Positions 1-9,903 of a stretch of 64,000 nucleotides of DNA are shown here, one piece after another. Within the stretch, counting starts at the first letter, position 1. Every line of letters begins with the position of its first letter. Location: positions 4,704,001 through 4,768,000 of the forward strand of contig CAVWVQ010000003.1 in assembly GCA_963758525.1 (NCBI GenBank), given 5' to 3'. Below the pieces are notes generated by a model, which saw nothing but the letters and a program-made list of their open reading frames with translations, ran no database searches and was not told where the DNA came from. Source of the DNA: an uncultured Phycisphaerales bacterium (GTDB taxonomy: Bacteria; Planctomycetota; Phycisphaerae; Tepidisphaerales; Tepidisphaeraceae). A program made the translations under genes and the position numbers.

Positions 1-25
1 CATCGCGCGCAGCGGCCGGCGGGCG

Positions 26-1426
26 GTGTCGTTTGTGACCAAGCGCGGGGAGGGCGCCTTCTCCGGTGGTCGATCCATCCCGCCCTATTTCCGGGAACGG
101 GCGGACTGGGTGTTCGTCGCCTCCCTGATCGACGCCACGCTGGGCGAGAAGAACAAGATGCTCCGGTCGTTCCTGATGAAGGTCTGCCGCAACACCAAGA
201 CGCTGGCTCAGGTTCATGCCAATGTGAAGGAAGCGCTGGACGGCGCCCGCGGGTTCGCCGAATCGATCTACACGGAGATCGACGGATACCTGGATCTGGT
301 GATGCCACAACTCAAACGCCTGCCGCCGGCGCGGGAGATCACGATCGGGCCCGGCCTGAACGTCATCGATCTGACGGAATACTCGACCGAGATGCAGGGG
401 CTCGTGATGCGGTCGGTGATGGAGCACATCTACGAGAAAGAGGATGGCGTCATCTGCATCGTGCCCGAGGCCTGGGAGTTCCTGCCGCAGGCCCGCGGCT
501 CGCCGGTGACGCTGGCGGCAGAGGAGCTGATTCGCAAGGGGGCGGTCCTGGGTAACTACCTGTGGATCGACAGCCAGGACCTCAGCGGCATCAACGCCCG
601 AATCCGCAAGAGCGTCTCCGTCTGGATCCTCGGCGTGCAGCGCGAGAGCAATGAGGTCAAGCGGACGATCGCCCACGCCGGCCAGGCGGCGCGGAGTCTG
701 GCCGTGGCGGATATCACGCTCCTGGAACGCGGCCAGTTCTGGGCGTGCTTCGGCCGCCACGCGATCAAGACGTACGTTCAGCCCGAGTGGATGGACGAAA
801 AGCAGGCGCGGGCCATCGCGATGGGCCAGTCGGAAACGCCCGCGCCGCCCGTCCGCCAGAAACGGCTGGACCAGTCGCCGATGCCGCCGCGGGAGGTGTT
901 TCTCACGCCGCCTGCAGTTGCCACGATTGCCCCCATCCAAACCAAGAAAGGCTCCCCGATGAGCAAGGAACTCGAAGCGAAAATCGACCACCTGACGAAG
1001 CTGCTGGGGGTCGCCACTCCCGCCCCCTCGCACGCGGCGGCCCCCTCTCCTCCATCGATGGATGGTGACGAAGAGGCGCTTTATCAGCGGTTCAAGTCGC
1101 GGCTGATGCGGGAGTCTCCCGACCTGTTGCGCGTGCTGGCGATCGAGCCGTTGCTCGAAGTGGAGATCACCCGCGAGACGATCCAGATCGACGGGACAAG
1201 CCTCAAGGGTCGACTCGCCCAGATGCTCCAGCGCGGATGGTTTGCCGAGCCAAAGACTGCCAGTGCAGCCCGCAAGGAACTCGCCCGCACTGGCCCCGAC
1301 GTGAACAGCGGGAACCTGTCGCGCGATCTCAACAGCCTGGTGAAGATGGGTTTTCTCACCGACGAAGCGGATGGCTATAAGGAAGTGGCCAGGATGAAGA
1401 GCAATATCCACCGGAAAGGCGGTTGA
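26..1426 (+). CDS. HerA/FtsK-like P-loop ATPase (probably 5'-partial) with C-terminal winged-helix-like domain
   Basis: Walker B-like ICIVPEAWEF, then 'IRKGAVLGNYLWIDSQ' (HerA-type R-K-G ... SQ motif); C-terminal 'LSRDLNSLVKMGFL' wHTH-like; Walker A would lie upstream of the window. Confidence 0.65.
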   Translation: MSFVTKRGEGAFSGGRSIPPYFRERADWVFVASLIDATLGEKNKMLRSFLMKVCRNTKTLAQVHANVKEALDGARGFAESIYTEIDGYLDLVMPQLKRLPPAREITIGPGLNVIDLTEYSTEMQGLVMRSVMEHIYEKEDGVICIVPEAWEFLPQARGSPVTLAAEELIRKGAVLGNYLWIDSQDLSGINARIRKSVSVWILGVQRESNEVKRTIAHAGQAARSLAVADITLLERGQFWACFGRHAIKTYVQPEWMDEKQARAIAMGQSETPAPPVRQKRLDQSPMPPREVFLTPPAVATIAPIQTKKGSPMSKELEAKIDHLTKLLGVATPAPSHAAAPSPPSMDGDEEALYQRFKSRLMRESPDLLRVLAIEPLLEVEITRETIQIDGTSLKGRLAQMLQRGWFAEPKTASAARKELARTGPDVNSGNLSRDLNSLVKMGFLTDEADGYKEVARMKSNIHRKGG

Positions 1427-1429
1427 GCC

Positions 1430-1879
1430 GTGACACAATTGCAGCCCCAATCCGGCAATGTGCTCGATCGCATCGAGTCGTCGATCCCCGACGCCGAGGA
1501 CGCAACGGCGGACCAGCTCCTGGAGCTGCTCGACAAGCTCGACTTCGTCGCCGAGCGGATGGCCCAGATCGAAGCCAGGCTCATGCCGGCGGTGATCAAG
1601 TTCCTCGAAGCCGGCGGCAAGCTCGAGCGGGGAACGGTGTTCTACACGATCAACAAGCAGAAAGAGACCAAGTGCCGCAACGCGGCGGAGAGCCTGCAGC
1701 AGATCCTCGAGCTGCTCGGCACAGAGGAGGCGGCCAACTGCCTGGCTAGCCAGCCGTGGAAACACGGCGCGGTGAAGAAGCTGATCGCGAAGGACGACTT
1801 CGAGCGGCTGTTTGAGACGAAGGAAAAGAAGAGCGTCGAGCTGAAGGTGCACAAGGTGGATCGGGCATTTCTCAAGTGA
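1430..1879 (+). CDS. Phage hypothetical coiled-coil protein
   Basis: Clean ORF tightly packed between neighbours; helical and charged. Confidence 0.6.
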   Translation: MTQLQPQSGNVLDRIESSIPDAEDATADQLLELLDKLDFVAERMAQIEARLMPAVIKFLEAGGKLERGTVFYTINKQKETKCRNAAESLQQILELLGTEEAANCLASQPWKHGAVKKLIAKDDFERLFETKEKKSVELKVHKVDRAFLK

Positions 1880-2205
1880 GGTGCGTGAACGACAGAACCA
1901 ATCAACAGAACGCCTGGTATTGGGCGTGCATCGTCACGCCGTTCGCCGATTACCTGACGGCGATGGATGATCCGCACACGCCCGACGAGGTGCATGAGCA
2001 TTTCAAGTCGCGGTTCCTGCTGATTCCGACCATCGACTATGACACCGGGGAGCTGCTCGGCGAACGTGTCGGCTCGACACGCGATCTGTCCACCGTCGAG
2101 ATGGCCGATTACTGCGAACGCATCCGCAAGTCATTGGCCAAAGAGCACGGCTTCGTTGTGGATGATCCGGACCCGATGTGGAGAAATCCGCGGAGAGTGG
2201 CATGA
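1876..2205 (+). CDS. NinB-like recombination protein
   Basis: 'RTNQQNAWYW', 'VHEHFKSRFL', 'STRDLSTVEMADYCERI' follow the NinB-family pattern. Confidence 0.65.
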   Translation: MRCVNDRTNQQNAWYWACIVTPFADYLTAMDDPHTPDEVHEHFKSRFLLIPTIDYDTGELLGERVGSTRDLSTVEMADYCERIRKSLAKEHGFVVDDPDPMWRNPRRVA

Positions 2206-3498
2206 CTACGGCGCCGTCTCCGTCTGCAGCACGCTCTGTGACACCGTGACCGAGCCAGTCCCGAGGCGTTCCTTCCGCCCCGACGTCCAGCGGGTCACTT
2301 CCCACGTATACGCCTGATTCGCCGGCGAGCTGACCAGGTTCATCGCGGCCGCAGAAAGCGTCCAGGTCACCGTCGTCGAGCCGCTGGCCAGTGCCACCGC
2401 CAGGGATCCCAGCGATGCACTGGACGCGGCCGCGCCATTCTGTGTGAGCAGCCCATCGCTGCCGGATCCGCCATTGGTCACACGCAACAGGATCAACGCA
2501 TCCGCGTCGGTGCCCGCTCCGGAGTTGGCCGCCTGGTCGCTCTCCGGATTAGCCTTGATCGCGAACGTCATTTGTGTCCATCCGGCCGAGCTGACGTTGG
2601 CGGTGATGGACTGCTGCCAGTAGAGATCCGCGCCCACGACAAAGCTGGCGTTGACCGCCGCCGGATTGCCGCTAGTCGAGGATCCGCTGAGCGTCACCGG
2701 AACGAAGCTCCCGCCGACGGCCGTGCCGGCCCAATCGACGACGTCGACCTCCAGCAGACCATTGCCGTCGAGAGCGACCGCCGTGCCGCCGATCTCGGCG
2801 ACGTTGACGCTGTTGGTCAGGCTTGTCACCACTGGCAACGTGGCGCCGGCGGCAAACGATGCGGTGGAGATCGCGCCGGCGGCAAACCCGCTGACACTGG
2901 TGACGACTGGAATAGTCGCGCCGGCGGCAAAGGCGGCCGTGGTGATGGCGCCGGCCGAGAAGCTGCCCACCTGCACGACGACCTGGGGATTGCTCTTGAC
3001 GTAATTGCTGCCGTCGAACTGGAGCTTGCCGGCGGCGGTGTTGATGGCGGGAAGATCGTCGAGGTAGCCGGCGCGCGTGCTGGTGATCCGCGTGGCCAGG
3101 TTGCCGGTATCGGTTTTCACCGCCGCGATGTCGGCGCTGACGGACGCCGCGGGTGTGCCCAATACCGTAGCCAGCAGGCTCGCGGGATCCTCGCCGGGGG
3201 CGTATTCGCTGACCGACACGCCACCACCGCCGCCGACGCACGTGCCCGATGGCGTGCTGTTGCTGGTGTAGACGCTGACGGTGTAATCAGCCGAGGCGAC
3301 ACCCGAGGGTGTGGTCAGCGTATAGAGCCCGCTGGTCCCCTGCTGCGTGGCCGCGATCGTATAGCTTGCGAAGTTGGTGTCGTTCCAGGCTTCGAAGGCA
3401 GGCGTCGCGGTGTTCCAGGCGTGCAGATCCGAGGCGCGGCGGTATACGAAGTAGACCGCGCTGAGGATCGTCGTGGACTGGAAGCTGTCGATCGCCAT
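2206..3498 (-). CDS. Phage structural/tail-associated protein
   Basis: Ala/Gly/Ser/Thr-rich; internal duplication '(F)xAGAIxTAxFAAGATxPVVTS'; last gene of the minus-strand virion block. Confidence 0.6.
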   Translation of the reverse strand: MAIDSFQSTTILSAVYFVYRRASDLHAWNTATPAFEAWNDTNFASYTIAATQQGTSGLYTLTTPSGVASADYTVSVYTSNSTPSGTCVGGGGGVSVSEYAPGEDPASLLATVLGTPAASVSADIAAVKTDTGNLATRITSTRAGYLDDLPAINTAAGKLQFDGSNYVKSNPQVVVQVGSFSAGAITTAAFAAGATIPVVTSVSGFAAGAISTASFAAGATLPVVTSLTNSVNVAEIGGTAVALDGNGLLEVDVVDWAGTAVGGSFVPVTLSGSSTSGNPAAVNASFVVGADLYWQQSITANVSSAGWTQMTFAIKANPESDQAANSGAGTDADALILLRVTNGGSGSDGLLTQNGAAASSASLGSLAVALASGSTTVTWTLSAAAMNLVSSPANQAYTWEVTRWTSGRKERLGTGSVTVSQSVLQTETAP

Positions 3499-3517
3499 TG
3501 TGGATCTCTATCGGCCA

Positions 3518-4579
3518 TCAGACCCGGACGCTCACGACGGCACTGACGCTGCCGGGGAAATTATTGGTGAAGGTGGTTTCGGTGGTCAGGCTGCCTCCGC
3601 TGCCGTCGCCCCATTCAGCCGTAAAGCAGTCTGTCGCGGCGCTGTTGAGGCTTGCGTGCCGAACGTCAACGGGACCGGCGACCGTGCTTCCAGCGGCGTA
3701 CATCTGCCAGCAGCCGACCTGCACCACAGTGCTCGAAACGGACGTCAGAACCGACAGGCGGTAATAGCGGTAGGATGTGGAGTTGCCGGTGCTGAACGTC
3801 CGTGTTTGCGAGCCGGTCCATGTGTAGCTGCTGGCCGACTGATCGTCGAGCGTGGTCCAGGTCGAGCCGTCATTGCTGCCTTCCCATTTCCAGGATTTGG
3901 GGTTCTGTGTCAGCGTCGCGGTCGTTGCCTGCACCGAGTACCCGGAAATCACAGTCCCGGTCCCGAAGTCATATTCGAGCACGGCGGTTCCCGAATCTCC
4001 CACTCCCGAGGCCCACCCGTTGGCGCTGGTGGACCCTGTCATCGCGCGCCACGGCTCATAGCCTGCGGAATAGAACGTGCTCGACGACGCGGTTCCACTG
4101 GGCGTCGTAGCGCTGGTCATCATCGGGATCTGATTCGCGCCGAGATTGGTGATGCTGGCCATCGCGAAACATTCGCGCACGCTGGCGGAATCTGCGGCAT
4201 GTGTCACCGTCAGCGTGCCGCCGGATGCCATCGTCCCCGACGCGCTGGTCACCGTACTTCCGGCGATCGCAATCTGCGCCACGCCGCTGCTCGGATTGGT
4301 TACCGTCGCGCCGGTAAAGCTCATCGTGCTGGCGGTGACTGTCGTCGTGCCGTCAGTGGTGATCACATTGCTGCCGGAGCCGGTCGCCCCGGTCGCCCCG
4401 ACCGCGGCCCACAAGTCCAGGTTGGTCGCGTCGAAGGATCCGCCGCTGGTGAAGCCGGTCACGCAAACGTAGGTCTGCCCGCCGTGCGTGAGCACGTCAT
4501 AGGGCGCGTAGGCCGTCGATGCCGCCCACGCGCCGCGGAAGGTGAAGCCCTGGCCAGGTTGGGAGCCGCTGAGGTTCAT
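3518..4579 (-). CDS. Tail fibre with N-terminal carbohydrate-binding-like repeat and F5/8 type C (discoidin) domain
   Basis: 'FRGAWAASTAYAPYDVLTHGGQTYVC' and 'PKSWKWEGSNDGSTWTTLD...YRYYRL'. Confidence 0.75.
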   Translation of the reverse strand: MNLSGSQPGQGFTFRGAWAASTAYAPYDVLTHGGQTYVCVTGFTSGGSFDATNLDLWAAVGATGATGSGSNVITTDGTTTVTASTMSFTGATVTNPSSGVAQIAIAGSTVTSASGTMASGGTLTVTHAADSASVRECFAMASITNLGANQIPMMTSATTPSGTASSSTFYSAGYEPWRAMTGSTSANGWASGVGDSGTAVLEYDFGTGTVISGYSVQATTATLTQNPKSWKWEGSNDGSTWTTLDDQSASSYTWTGSQTRTFSTGNSTSYRYYRLSVLTSVSSTVVQVGCWQMYAAGSTVAGPVDVRHASLNSAATDCFTAEWGDGSGGSLTTETTFTNNFPGSVSAVVSVRV

Positions 4580-4585
4580 GGGTGC

Positions 4586-4888
4586 TTACTTGCGAAAGAC
4601 GATGCCGTACGTGACGCCCGTTGCCGTGCCGGCATCGCCCTTGATCGTCACCTGGTGGATGGCGTTGGAGCCTTCGGCGAAATACTGTTTCTCGCCGGGA
4701 GCGATGCTGATGAAATCGCCGGGCGCGTGCAGGCCCAGGCAGTTCACCAGCACACCGAACGAGGATGAGGATTTCACGGCAACCATGAACGTGTTGCAGG
4801 TATAAGCGGCATCGGACCCGGTCGAGGTCGAGTCATAGACGACACTGCCGCCGGTGGTGATGCTCTGGTTGTTGTTCGCGGTTGCCAT
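4586..4888 (-). CDS. Small phage structural protein
   Basis: 100-aa beta-rich ORF; AGGA Shine-Dalgarno upstream; in tail-fibre block. Confidence 0.55.
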   Translation of the reverse strand: MATANNNQSITTGGSVVYDSTSTGSDAAYTCNTFMVAVKSSSSFGVLVNCLGLHAPGDFISIAPGEKQYFAEGSNAIHQVTIKGDAGTATGVTYGIVFRK

Positions 4889-4897
4889 AGTTGTTCC

Positions 4898-5044
4898 TTA
4901 ATCGAATCCAAAGCCAAAACACAGGCCCGGCATGAGTTCTTCCCCTCCCCCAGTAGTAGAGGGGGAGGGGGAGGCGCTATACCCCAGGACGATATTGCCC
5001 AGGTAGGAATTTGCAGTGCCGAGTTGCGCGGTGAAGCCGATCAC
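4898..5044 (-). CDS. Small protein (48 aa), absent from ORF track
   Basis: My translation: MIGFTAQLGTANSYLGNIVLGYSASPSPSTTGGGEELMPGLCFGFGFD; GTGA overlap with the upstream stop; fills the gap exactly. Confidence 0.55.
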   Translation of the reverse strand: MIGFTAQLGTANSYLGNIVLGYSASPSPSTTGGGEELMPGLCFGFGFD

Positions 5045-7398
5045 TCAATCCTCACGAAGGTTCCTGCCGTGTCGACCGCCTGATACTGCGCGTTGCCTCC
5101 AGCCGTCAGCGCCGTCAGCGCGGCGCCGGAAGCCACGGTGCCCGTGAGTGTCAGACTCGTGACGATCGACTTACTGGCGAGGAAGCACTTTTGGCCGATT
5201 ACCGTGACTGTCGGCAGCGCGATTGTGATGGACGCGATTGTGCTGCTACTGGATAGGTAGATCGTCTGATCGCGGGATGCCGCGAAGGTGACGGTGCCGC
5301 TGGTTGCGGCGCTCACCTGCACGGGGCTGACAAGGGCGTTTCCGGCTTGAATATTCGCCAGCAAGCCCGAGCCGCTCCACAGGGTGCTGACATTTAAGTG
5401 GCCGCCACCGCTGATGACGTTTTCCGTCGGCGTGTTGCCCTCGCTGGTCATGGTCGTGACGAAATTGCTGACGCTTGCGGGGCCAACGGATGCATCAGCG
5501 CTGCCCTGCCAGAGCACGATCGGCAGATAATTCAAAGCGCTGGCACGGAGATTTGGGTCGGAGTAGGCGACTTGACCGAAGCTCGTTGCAACCGTGGATA
5601 CCACGTCGTTCAGTGCGTAGGTTGTGCCGCCGCTGTAGGTGCCGCGATTGGTGTAGGCCGCATAGAGCTTGGCAAGGATGCCGCCCGGTGACGTGACTTG
5701 CTGCCAGTACGTTCCGTTCGTCACCGCGTTTCCGGTGTTCCCCGCACTCAGGCTGACGTAGTAAGTGAGGAAAGCACCATTGATCGTACTGGAGTAGTTC
5801 GTGCAGCCGTTGGTGCCGTTGTACATGTCCTTTTGGGACACGACGGCGGAAATGCCGCTGAAACTCCGGATCGGCAGCGACGGGTAGAGCATCGCGAAGT
5901 TGAGCATGGAAACGCCGCCCATGCTCTGGCCGATCAGGTGCAGATTTTTTACGCATGGCGCGCCGTTGGGGCCCGGCAATAGCGACAGCATCGTATCGTA
6001 AAATTGCTTCCACAAATTCACGCCGTTTGCCGCGCCCCACGGAGAAGCGTAGTTGTTCGCAAAGCTCGACGGATCGCCACGAAGGTATGCCATCGCCACG
6101 CCATTGGCCCGCAGCGTTGCGAACGCGGTCCCGGTGTCAGGATCGGCAGTGCGGAATCCCTGCTGCTCATTGCTGTTGTTCCCGTGCCCGACCAGGGCGA
6201 GATCGAACTGCGAAGCGCCCGTGTAACTCTCGGGTATCGCGAGTGTGCCGGTGTTGTCCACCGTCCCGTCCGGTCGCGTAATCGTGATCGGACACCAGCA
6301 CGGGGGCTGGAACCTGCTGTCGGTCCCGCCGCCGAGTGAGCCTTGATTGACCAGAATCCCTTTGATGGTGTTCGTGGAGCTGCTGGTCGAGACCTTGATC
6401 TGTGAGACGTTGACAAAAGCGCCAACTTTTCCGGTAGCGCCAAATGTGTTCGCAACAGTGTTGAAGTTTTCGGCGGTGGCAATCCCGGTGTTGTACCCTG
6501 TTTGGTTGTTTGTCCCGCCGCGCCCCACTGGAATGATCCCGAAATTTACGTTTTGGCCGTCGCTGGCAACAAAAAGATCATATGTAGTGCTGGTTACAAG
6601 ACCGCCGTTGAGGTTAAGCTCCGTTGATCCAGTTCCCGCCGCCACCGAAAGGTAGAATCCTCCGCCCGTGACCCTGAGTGCAAAACCACCATACGTCGTG
6701 TCGTTTGGATTCTGAAAGTACACTGACACGTCGTTCGTGGCATCTGACGCGTACGCGATTCGCACGTTGACCCGCCACGGCTTTGTGTTGTCGATCGGCT
6801 TGGGAAGCTGAATCGTTCCGACAGCGGCGGTCCCGTTTGTGCCGCTAACAATCCCGCCGCCGCCCGCGACGGTCAGCGTTGCGCCGGAGGTCGATCCGAA
6901 AGCACCGGTTGATTGAAACAGCGGTTCATAGAATGCCAACGTCGGCGGGGATGCCGGCTGGCCGATCAGGTTCGCCAGCGAGGTTTGCGCGCTCGACAGG
7001 TCGGAGAGGTTGTTCGCCACCTGCGCCACGGCGGACGATGTCAGCAGTGCGGCCGTCCCCAACCCGAGATTCGTCCGGGCCGTGGCCGGGGTCGGCAGAT
7101 CGCTCAGATTGTTGGCTTGGGCCAATCCCCATGCCGCCAGGCTCGCGGCGGTAACGATAGCCGTGACGGCCGCGCCACTGGAATGAGTTGCCGCCGTCGT
7201 GCTTTCCGCGCCGCGTGTCACCGTTACGGTAGTTCCGCTGATCGCCGTCGCCAGGAGGATTTCCGTGCCGATGAGCAGCCGAAAATTACCGGAGCCAGGC
7301 AAGCCGGTAGCGCTGGTGAGGCTGATCGACGTTGCCACCGGGTCGGTGATTGCTGAGGCAAGCGTCGTCTGAAAATTGTTGATTAACTGTTCAGCCAT
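5041..7398 (-). CDS. Tail spike/fibre with alpha/beta-hydrolase (esterase) domain
   Basis: Tail-fibre N-terminus ('VTRGAESTTAATHSSGA', repeated 'NNLSDL', 'ARTNLGLG'); GQSMGG nucleophile elbow, 'QGSAD' Asp and 'GGGH' His. Confidence 0.75.
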   Translation of the reverse strand: MAEQLINNFQTTLASAITDPVATSISLTSATGLPGSGNFRLLIGTEILLATAISGTTVTVTRGAESTTAATHSSGAAVTAIVTAASLAAWGLAQANNLSDLPTPATARTNLGLGTAALLTSSAVAQVANNLSDLSSAQTSLANLIGQPASPPTLAFYEPLFQSTGAFGSTSGATLTVAGGGGIVSGTNGTAAVGTIQLPKPIDNTKPWRVNVRIAYASDATNDVSVYFQNPNDTTYGGFALRVTGGGFYLSVAAGTGSTELNLNGGLVTSTTYDLFVASDGQNVNFGIIPVGRGGTNNQTGYNTGIATAENFNTVANTFGATGKVGAFVNVSQIKVSTSSSTNTIKGILVNQGSLGGGTDSRFQPPCWCPITITRPDGTVDNTGTLAIPESYTGASQFDLALVGHGNNSNEQQGFRTADPDTGTAFATLRANGVAMAYLRGDPSSFANNYASPWGAANGVNLWKQFYDTMLSLLPGPNGAPCVKNLHLIGQSMGGVSMLNFAMLYPSLPIRSFSGISAVVSQKDMYNGTNGCTNYSSTINGAFLTYYVSLSAGNTGNAVTNGTYWQQVTSPGGILAKLYAAYTNRGTYSGGTTYALNDVVSTVATSFGQVAYSDPNLRASALNYLPIVLWQGSADASVGPASVSNFVTTMTSEGNTPTENVISGGGHLNVSTLWSGSGLLANIQAGNALVSPVQVSAATSGTVTFAASRDQTIYLSSSSTIASITIALPTVTVIGQKCFLASKSIVTSLTLTGTVASGAALTALTAGGNAQYQAVDTAGTFVRIE

Positions 7399-7451
7399 TT
7401 TTGTTTCGCGCCATCCCGACGCCGATCAGCCTGCGCCGGCGGTGTAGAGGG

Positions 7452-7922
7452 TCATTTCGTAGCCTGAGACAGCACAAAGCCGCGAGTGATTGCCAGAGGC
7501 AGAGACTTTTCGGTGACGATCGGAAAATTTTCGGCGTCCCTGATCTGGTAGCACAAACCACCATCACTATGTTCCGCAGTTAATCGCCACCGCCGCGGCC
7601 ACAGTACTCCCTCGAAAATCTCCAAGGCGACATCATTGCTGGCGTAGTTGTCGATGTTGAGACGTTCGATCACTTCTTCCGTCACCACCTCGGAATCGAA
7701 AAATGTCCGGCTCCATTCGCTTCCGTCCGCGAAGACGTGCCGCCAATTGCAGAGCGTCTCGGGACCGCCTTCCCATTCGTTGAACTCGCCATGCTCGATG
7801 CGCCGCCCCAGAAGACGATGCGCCTCCACAGTTAGTTCGGTGGGCGTGGCTTTTTGTGCTTGATCGCGTGTCATTCCATCGGGTCCCAAAACGCCAAAAG
7901 CGCCACCAGCGGAATCGCCCAC
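7452..7922 (-). CDS. Phage protein, ABA-sandwich-like
   Basis: 'NYASNDVALEIFE...SLPLAITRGFV' resembles the phage ABA sandwich motif (YS.D..AA.EV.E...PLAIC.A). Confidence 0.4.
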   Translation of the reverse strand: MGDSAGGAFGVLGPDGMTRDQAQKATPTELTVEAHRLLGRRIEHGEFNEWEGGPETLCNWRHVFADGSEWSRTFFDSEVVTEEVIERLNIDNYASNDVALEIFEGVLWPRRWRLTAEHSDGGLCYQIRDAENFPIVTEKSLPLAITRGFVLSQATK

Positions 7923-8010
7923 AGCATATGCAGGCGGCTCACTAGCGGCGAAAACTCGTGACGAGCCTTCGACACTTCGGCAACGGCGGATTTGCAGCGG
8001 CGCGCGATGG

Positions 8011-9567
8011 TCATTTTGCCGTGAACGTCCCGTCCGAAAATTCGGTGATCGTGATCGTGCGGATAACCGTTGCCGCGGTTGCCGGTTGCGTCACGGGAGC
8101 CGTTGTCGGCTGACTAGCGGCGGCGGCCGAGATAATCGTCGGCGCGAACGCATTCGCCTGCGCCGCCGCGCCTGGTCCGCCTTGGACCTGCTTGACATCC
8201 TTTTCGTAAGTGACGCCGTTGATCAGCAGTACAAAGCTGACATCCCATCCATTAAAAACCGGACCGACTGTCGCGCCAGCACTGGGCCCATGAACGACGC
8301 CCACGGGCTTCATGGCGACGGAGGTTAGACTGGTCGCAAACGCCTCAATAGTCACGTCGCCGGTTTGTGCGGGCCACGTGAGCACAACATCGCCCTTGCC
8401 GTCCTGAGTCGCGCCGATGGCGAGCGTCGGACGGGTTGCGGGCGCGGTTGCGGGCTGGCTACTTGGAGCTGTCGCGGGATTACTTTGAGCTTGCGTCGGC
8501 TTCTGCGGGATCGCCGGGGCGTTCGGATCCGCCTGCGAATAGAGCTTGTCGCCCGTGCCATGCACCGCGACTATTGGCCACGGCCCTGCATCCTGTCCAT
8601 ACGCAGCTCCGCAGATCCAAACGTTATTGCTGCTGTTGCAACCCGCACCATTCGCACCGTTGAGGATGCCGTTGCCCCAGCCCCAGGCGAAGTTGTTCGT
8701 GATGTTCACGTCCAGATCGCCCATGATCTCAATCGCCGACTTGGCCCACTGATCAAGGTTGGCGTCCGGGCCGTTCTGAATAATCGCGTTGCCGCTGATC
8801 GTGATGTGCTCGCCGAAGCCAACCCACTGGCCGGCGCTCTGATACCCGCCCGTCGCGCAGGAAATCCCCATGTGCGAGTCGGTGTTGTTGCTGATGTTCG
8901 GCAGCCAGTCGCTCATCCAGTTGTTGTTCACCGTCAGATGAGTGATCCCCTTCTGGAGCTCAATGCCGATGCGGGTGGCATGGGTGATGATGTTTCCGCT
9001 CACGTCGAGCGTGTCGCATTGCGACGAGAAATGCACCGGCTCGACGACATTGTCGTATGTGCTGGCGTCGGCGGTGTTGTTGTTGGCGGGGTATCCGAAC
9101 ACGCCCTCGGCGTTGAGCTGGCTGAACGCGTTTCTGTCGAAGTGCGAGTCATGCACGCCGGCGACGAAGATCCCGCGATGGCCGTTGCGGAACGTATTGT
9201 CGTGGATGTTGTACACGCCGTTCTCGCAGTGGATCTGGGCGCAGGTGCAGACGAAGCCCGTGAACTCTGTCATTGCTGCTGAACCTGATAGTGCCAGCAG
9301 CTCCTGATTGTCATTGGGAGCAATCCCGCCGGAGAGCGCGAGGACCGCCCCGTTGCCGATGTAGTGACGGCCCGTCGGCCACGTCGCCGCGGCGCCGCTG
9401 GGATTCGTGGCCAGCGTGTATGTGCCGGCGGCGAAATTGATCGTGTCGCCCAGCGCGCTGCTCAGGATCGGCGTGGTGTTGGCCGGTGTGACGTAGACCG
9501 TCGCCGCGCCGCAGATCCCGCTGGCGAGGCAGACGACGCAGAGGATGTCGAGCAGGCGGGAAATCAT
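8011..9567 (-). CDS. Secreted right-handed parallel beta-helix protein (pectin-lyase-like fold)
   Basis: Signal peptide; PbH1-like repeats ('IHDNTF', 'VSGNII', 'VNNNWM', 'ISGNAI', 'ITNNFA'); SQPATAPATRP linkers. Confidence 0.7.
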   Translation of the reverse strand: MISRLLDILCVVCLASGICGAATVYVTPANTTPILSSALGDTINFAAGTYTLATNPSGAAATWPTGRHYIGNGAVLALSGGIAPNDNQELLALSGSAAMTEFTGFVCTCAQIHCENGVYNIHDNTFRNGHRGIFVAGVHDSHFDRNAFSQLNAEGVFGYPANNNTADASTYDNVVEPVHFSSQCDTLDVSGNIITHATRIGIELQKGITHLTVNNNWMSDWLPNISNNTDSHMGISCATGGYQSAGQWVGFGEHITISGNAIIQNGPDANLDQWAKSAIEIMGDLDVNITNNFAWGWGNGILNGANGAGCNSSNNVWICGAAYGQDAGPWPIVAVHGTGDKLYSQADPNAPAIPQKPTQAQSNPATAPSSQPATAPATRPTLAIGATQDGKGDVVLTWPAQTGDVTIEAFATSLTSVAMKPVGVVHGPSAGATVGPVFNGWDVSFVLLINGVTYEKDVKQVQGGPGAAAQANAFAPTIISAAAASQPTTAPVTQPATAATVIRTITITEFSDGTFTAK

Positions 9568-9570
9568 GGG

Positions 9571-9903
9571 TCACCTGTGCACATGGAAAGTGATATCGAC
9601 CGCCGCGCCCAGCAGGGTCAGGAACGCGCCGATTACGACGGTCCAAAACAACCCTTTTCGTTCCTTCCGCTGGCCCTCGATCTTCGCCTCGTTGTCGACC
9701 GCCTTCTTCTTGAACTCCGCCACGTCAGTCTCGATGGCGATGAGCCTGTAGATCAGCCCATCCTTGATCCTGTCGCCTTCCCCGCCGTTGATCGTCTGGT
9801 TGATCTTCCCGACGGTCGTGAGGATTCCATCGAGCTTCAGATTCACGTCGGTCAGCTCAGCGTTGACCAACTTCCGTCGTCGCACTTCTGGTTTCTCAGC
9901 CAT
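9571..9903 (-). CDS. Coiled-coil protein with C-terminal TM helix (holin/lysis-associated)
   Basis: Heptad pattern, then 'GLFWTVVIGAFLTLLGAAV'. Confidence 0.55.
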   Translation of the reverse strand: MAEKPEVRRRKLVNAELTDVNLKLDGILTTVGKINQTINGGEGDRIKDGLIYRLIAIETDVAEFKKKAVDNEAKIEGQRKERKGLFWTVVIGAFLTLLGAAVDITFHVHR

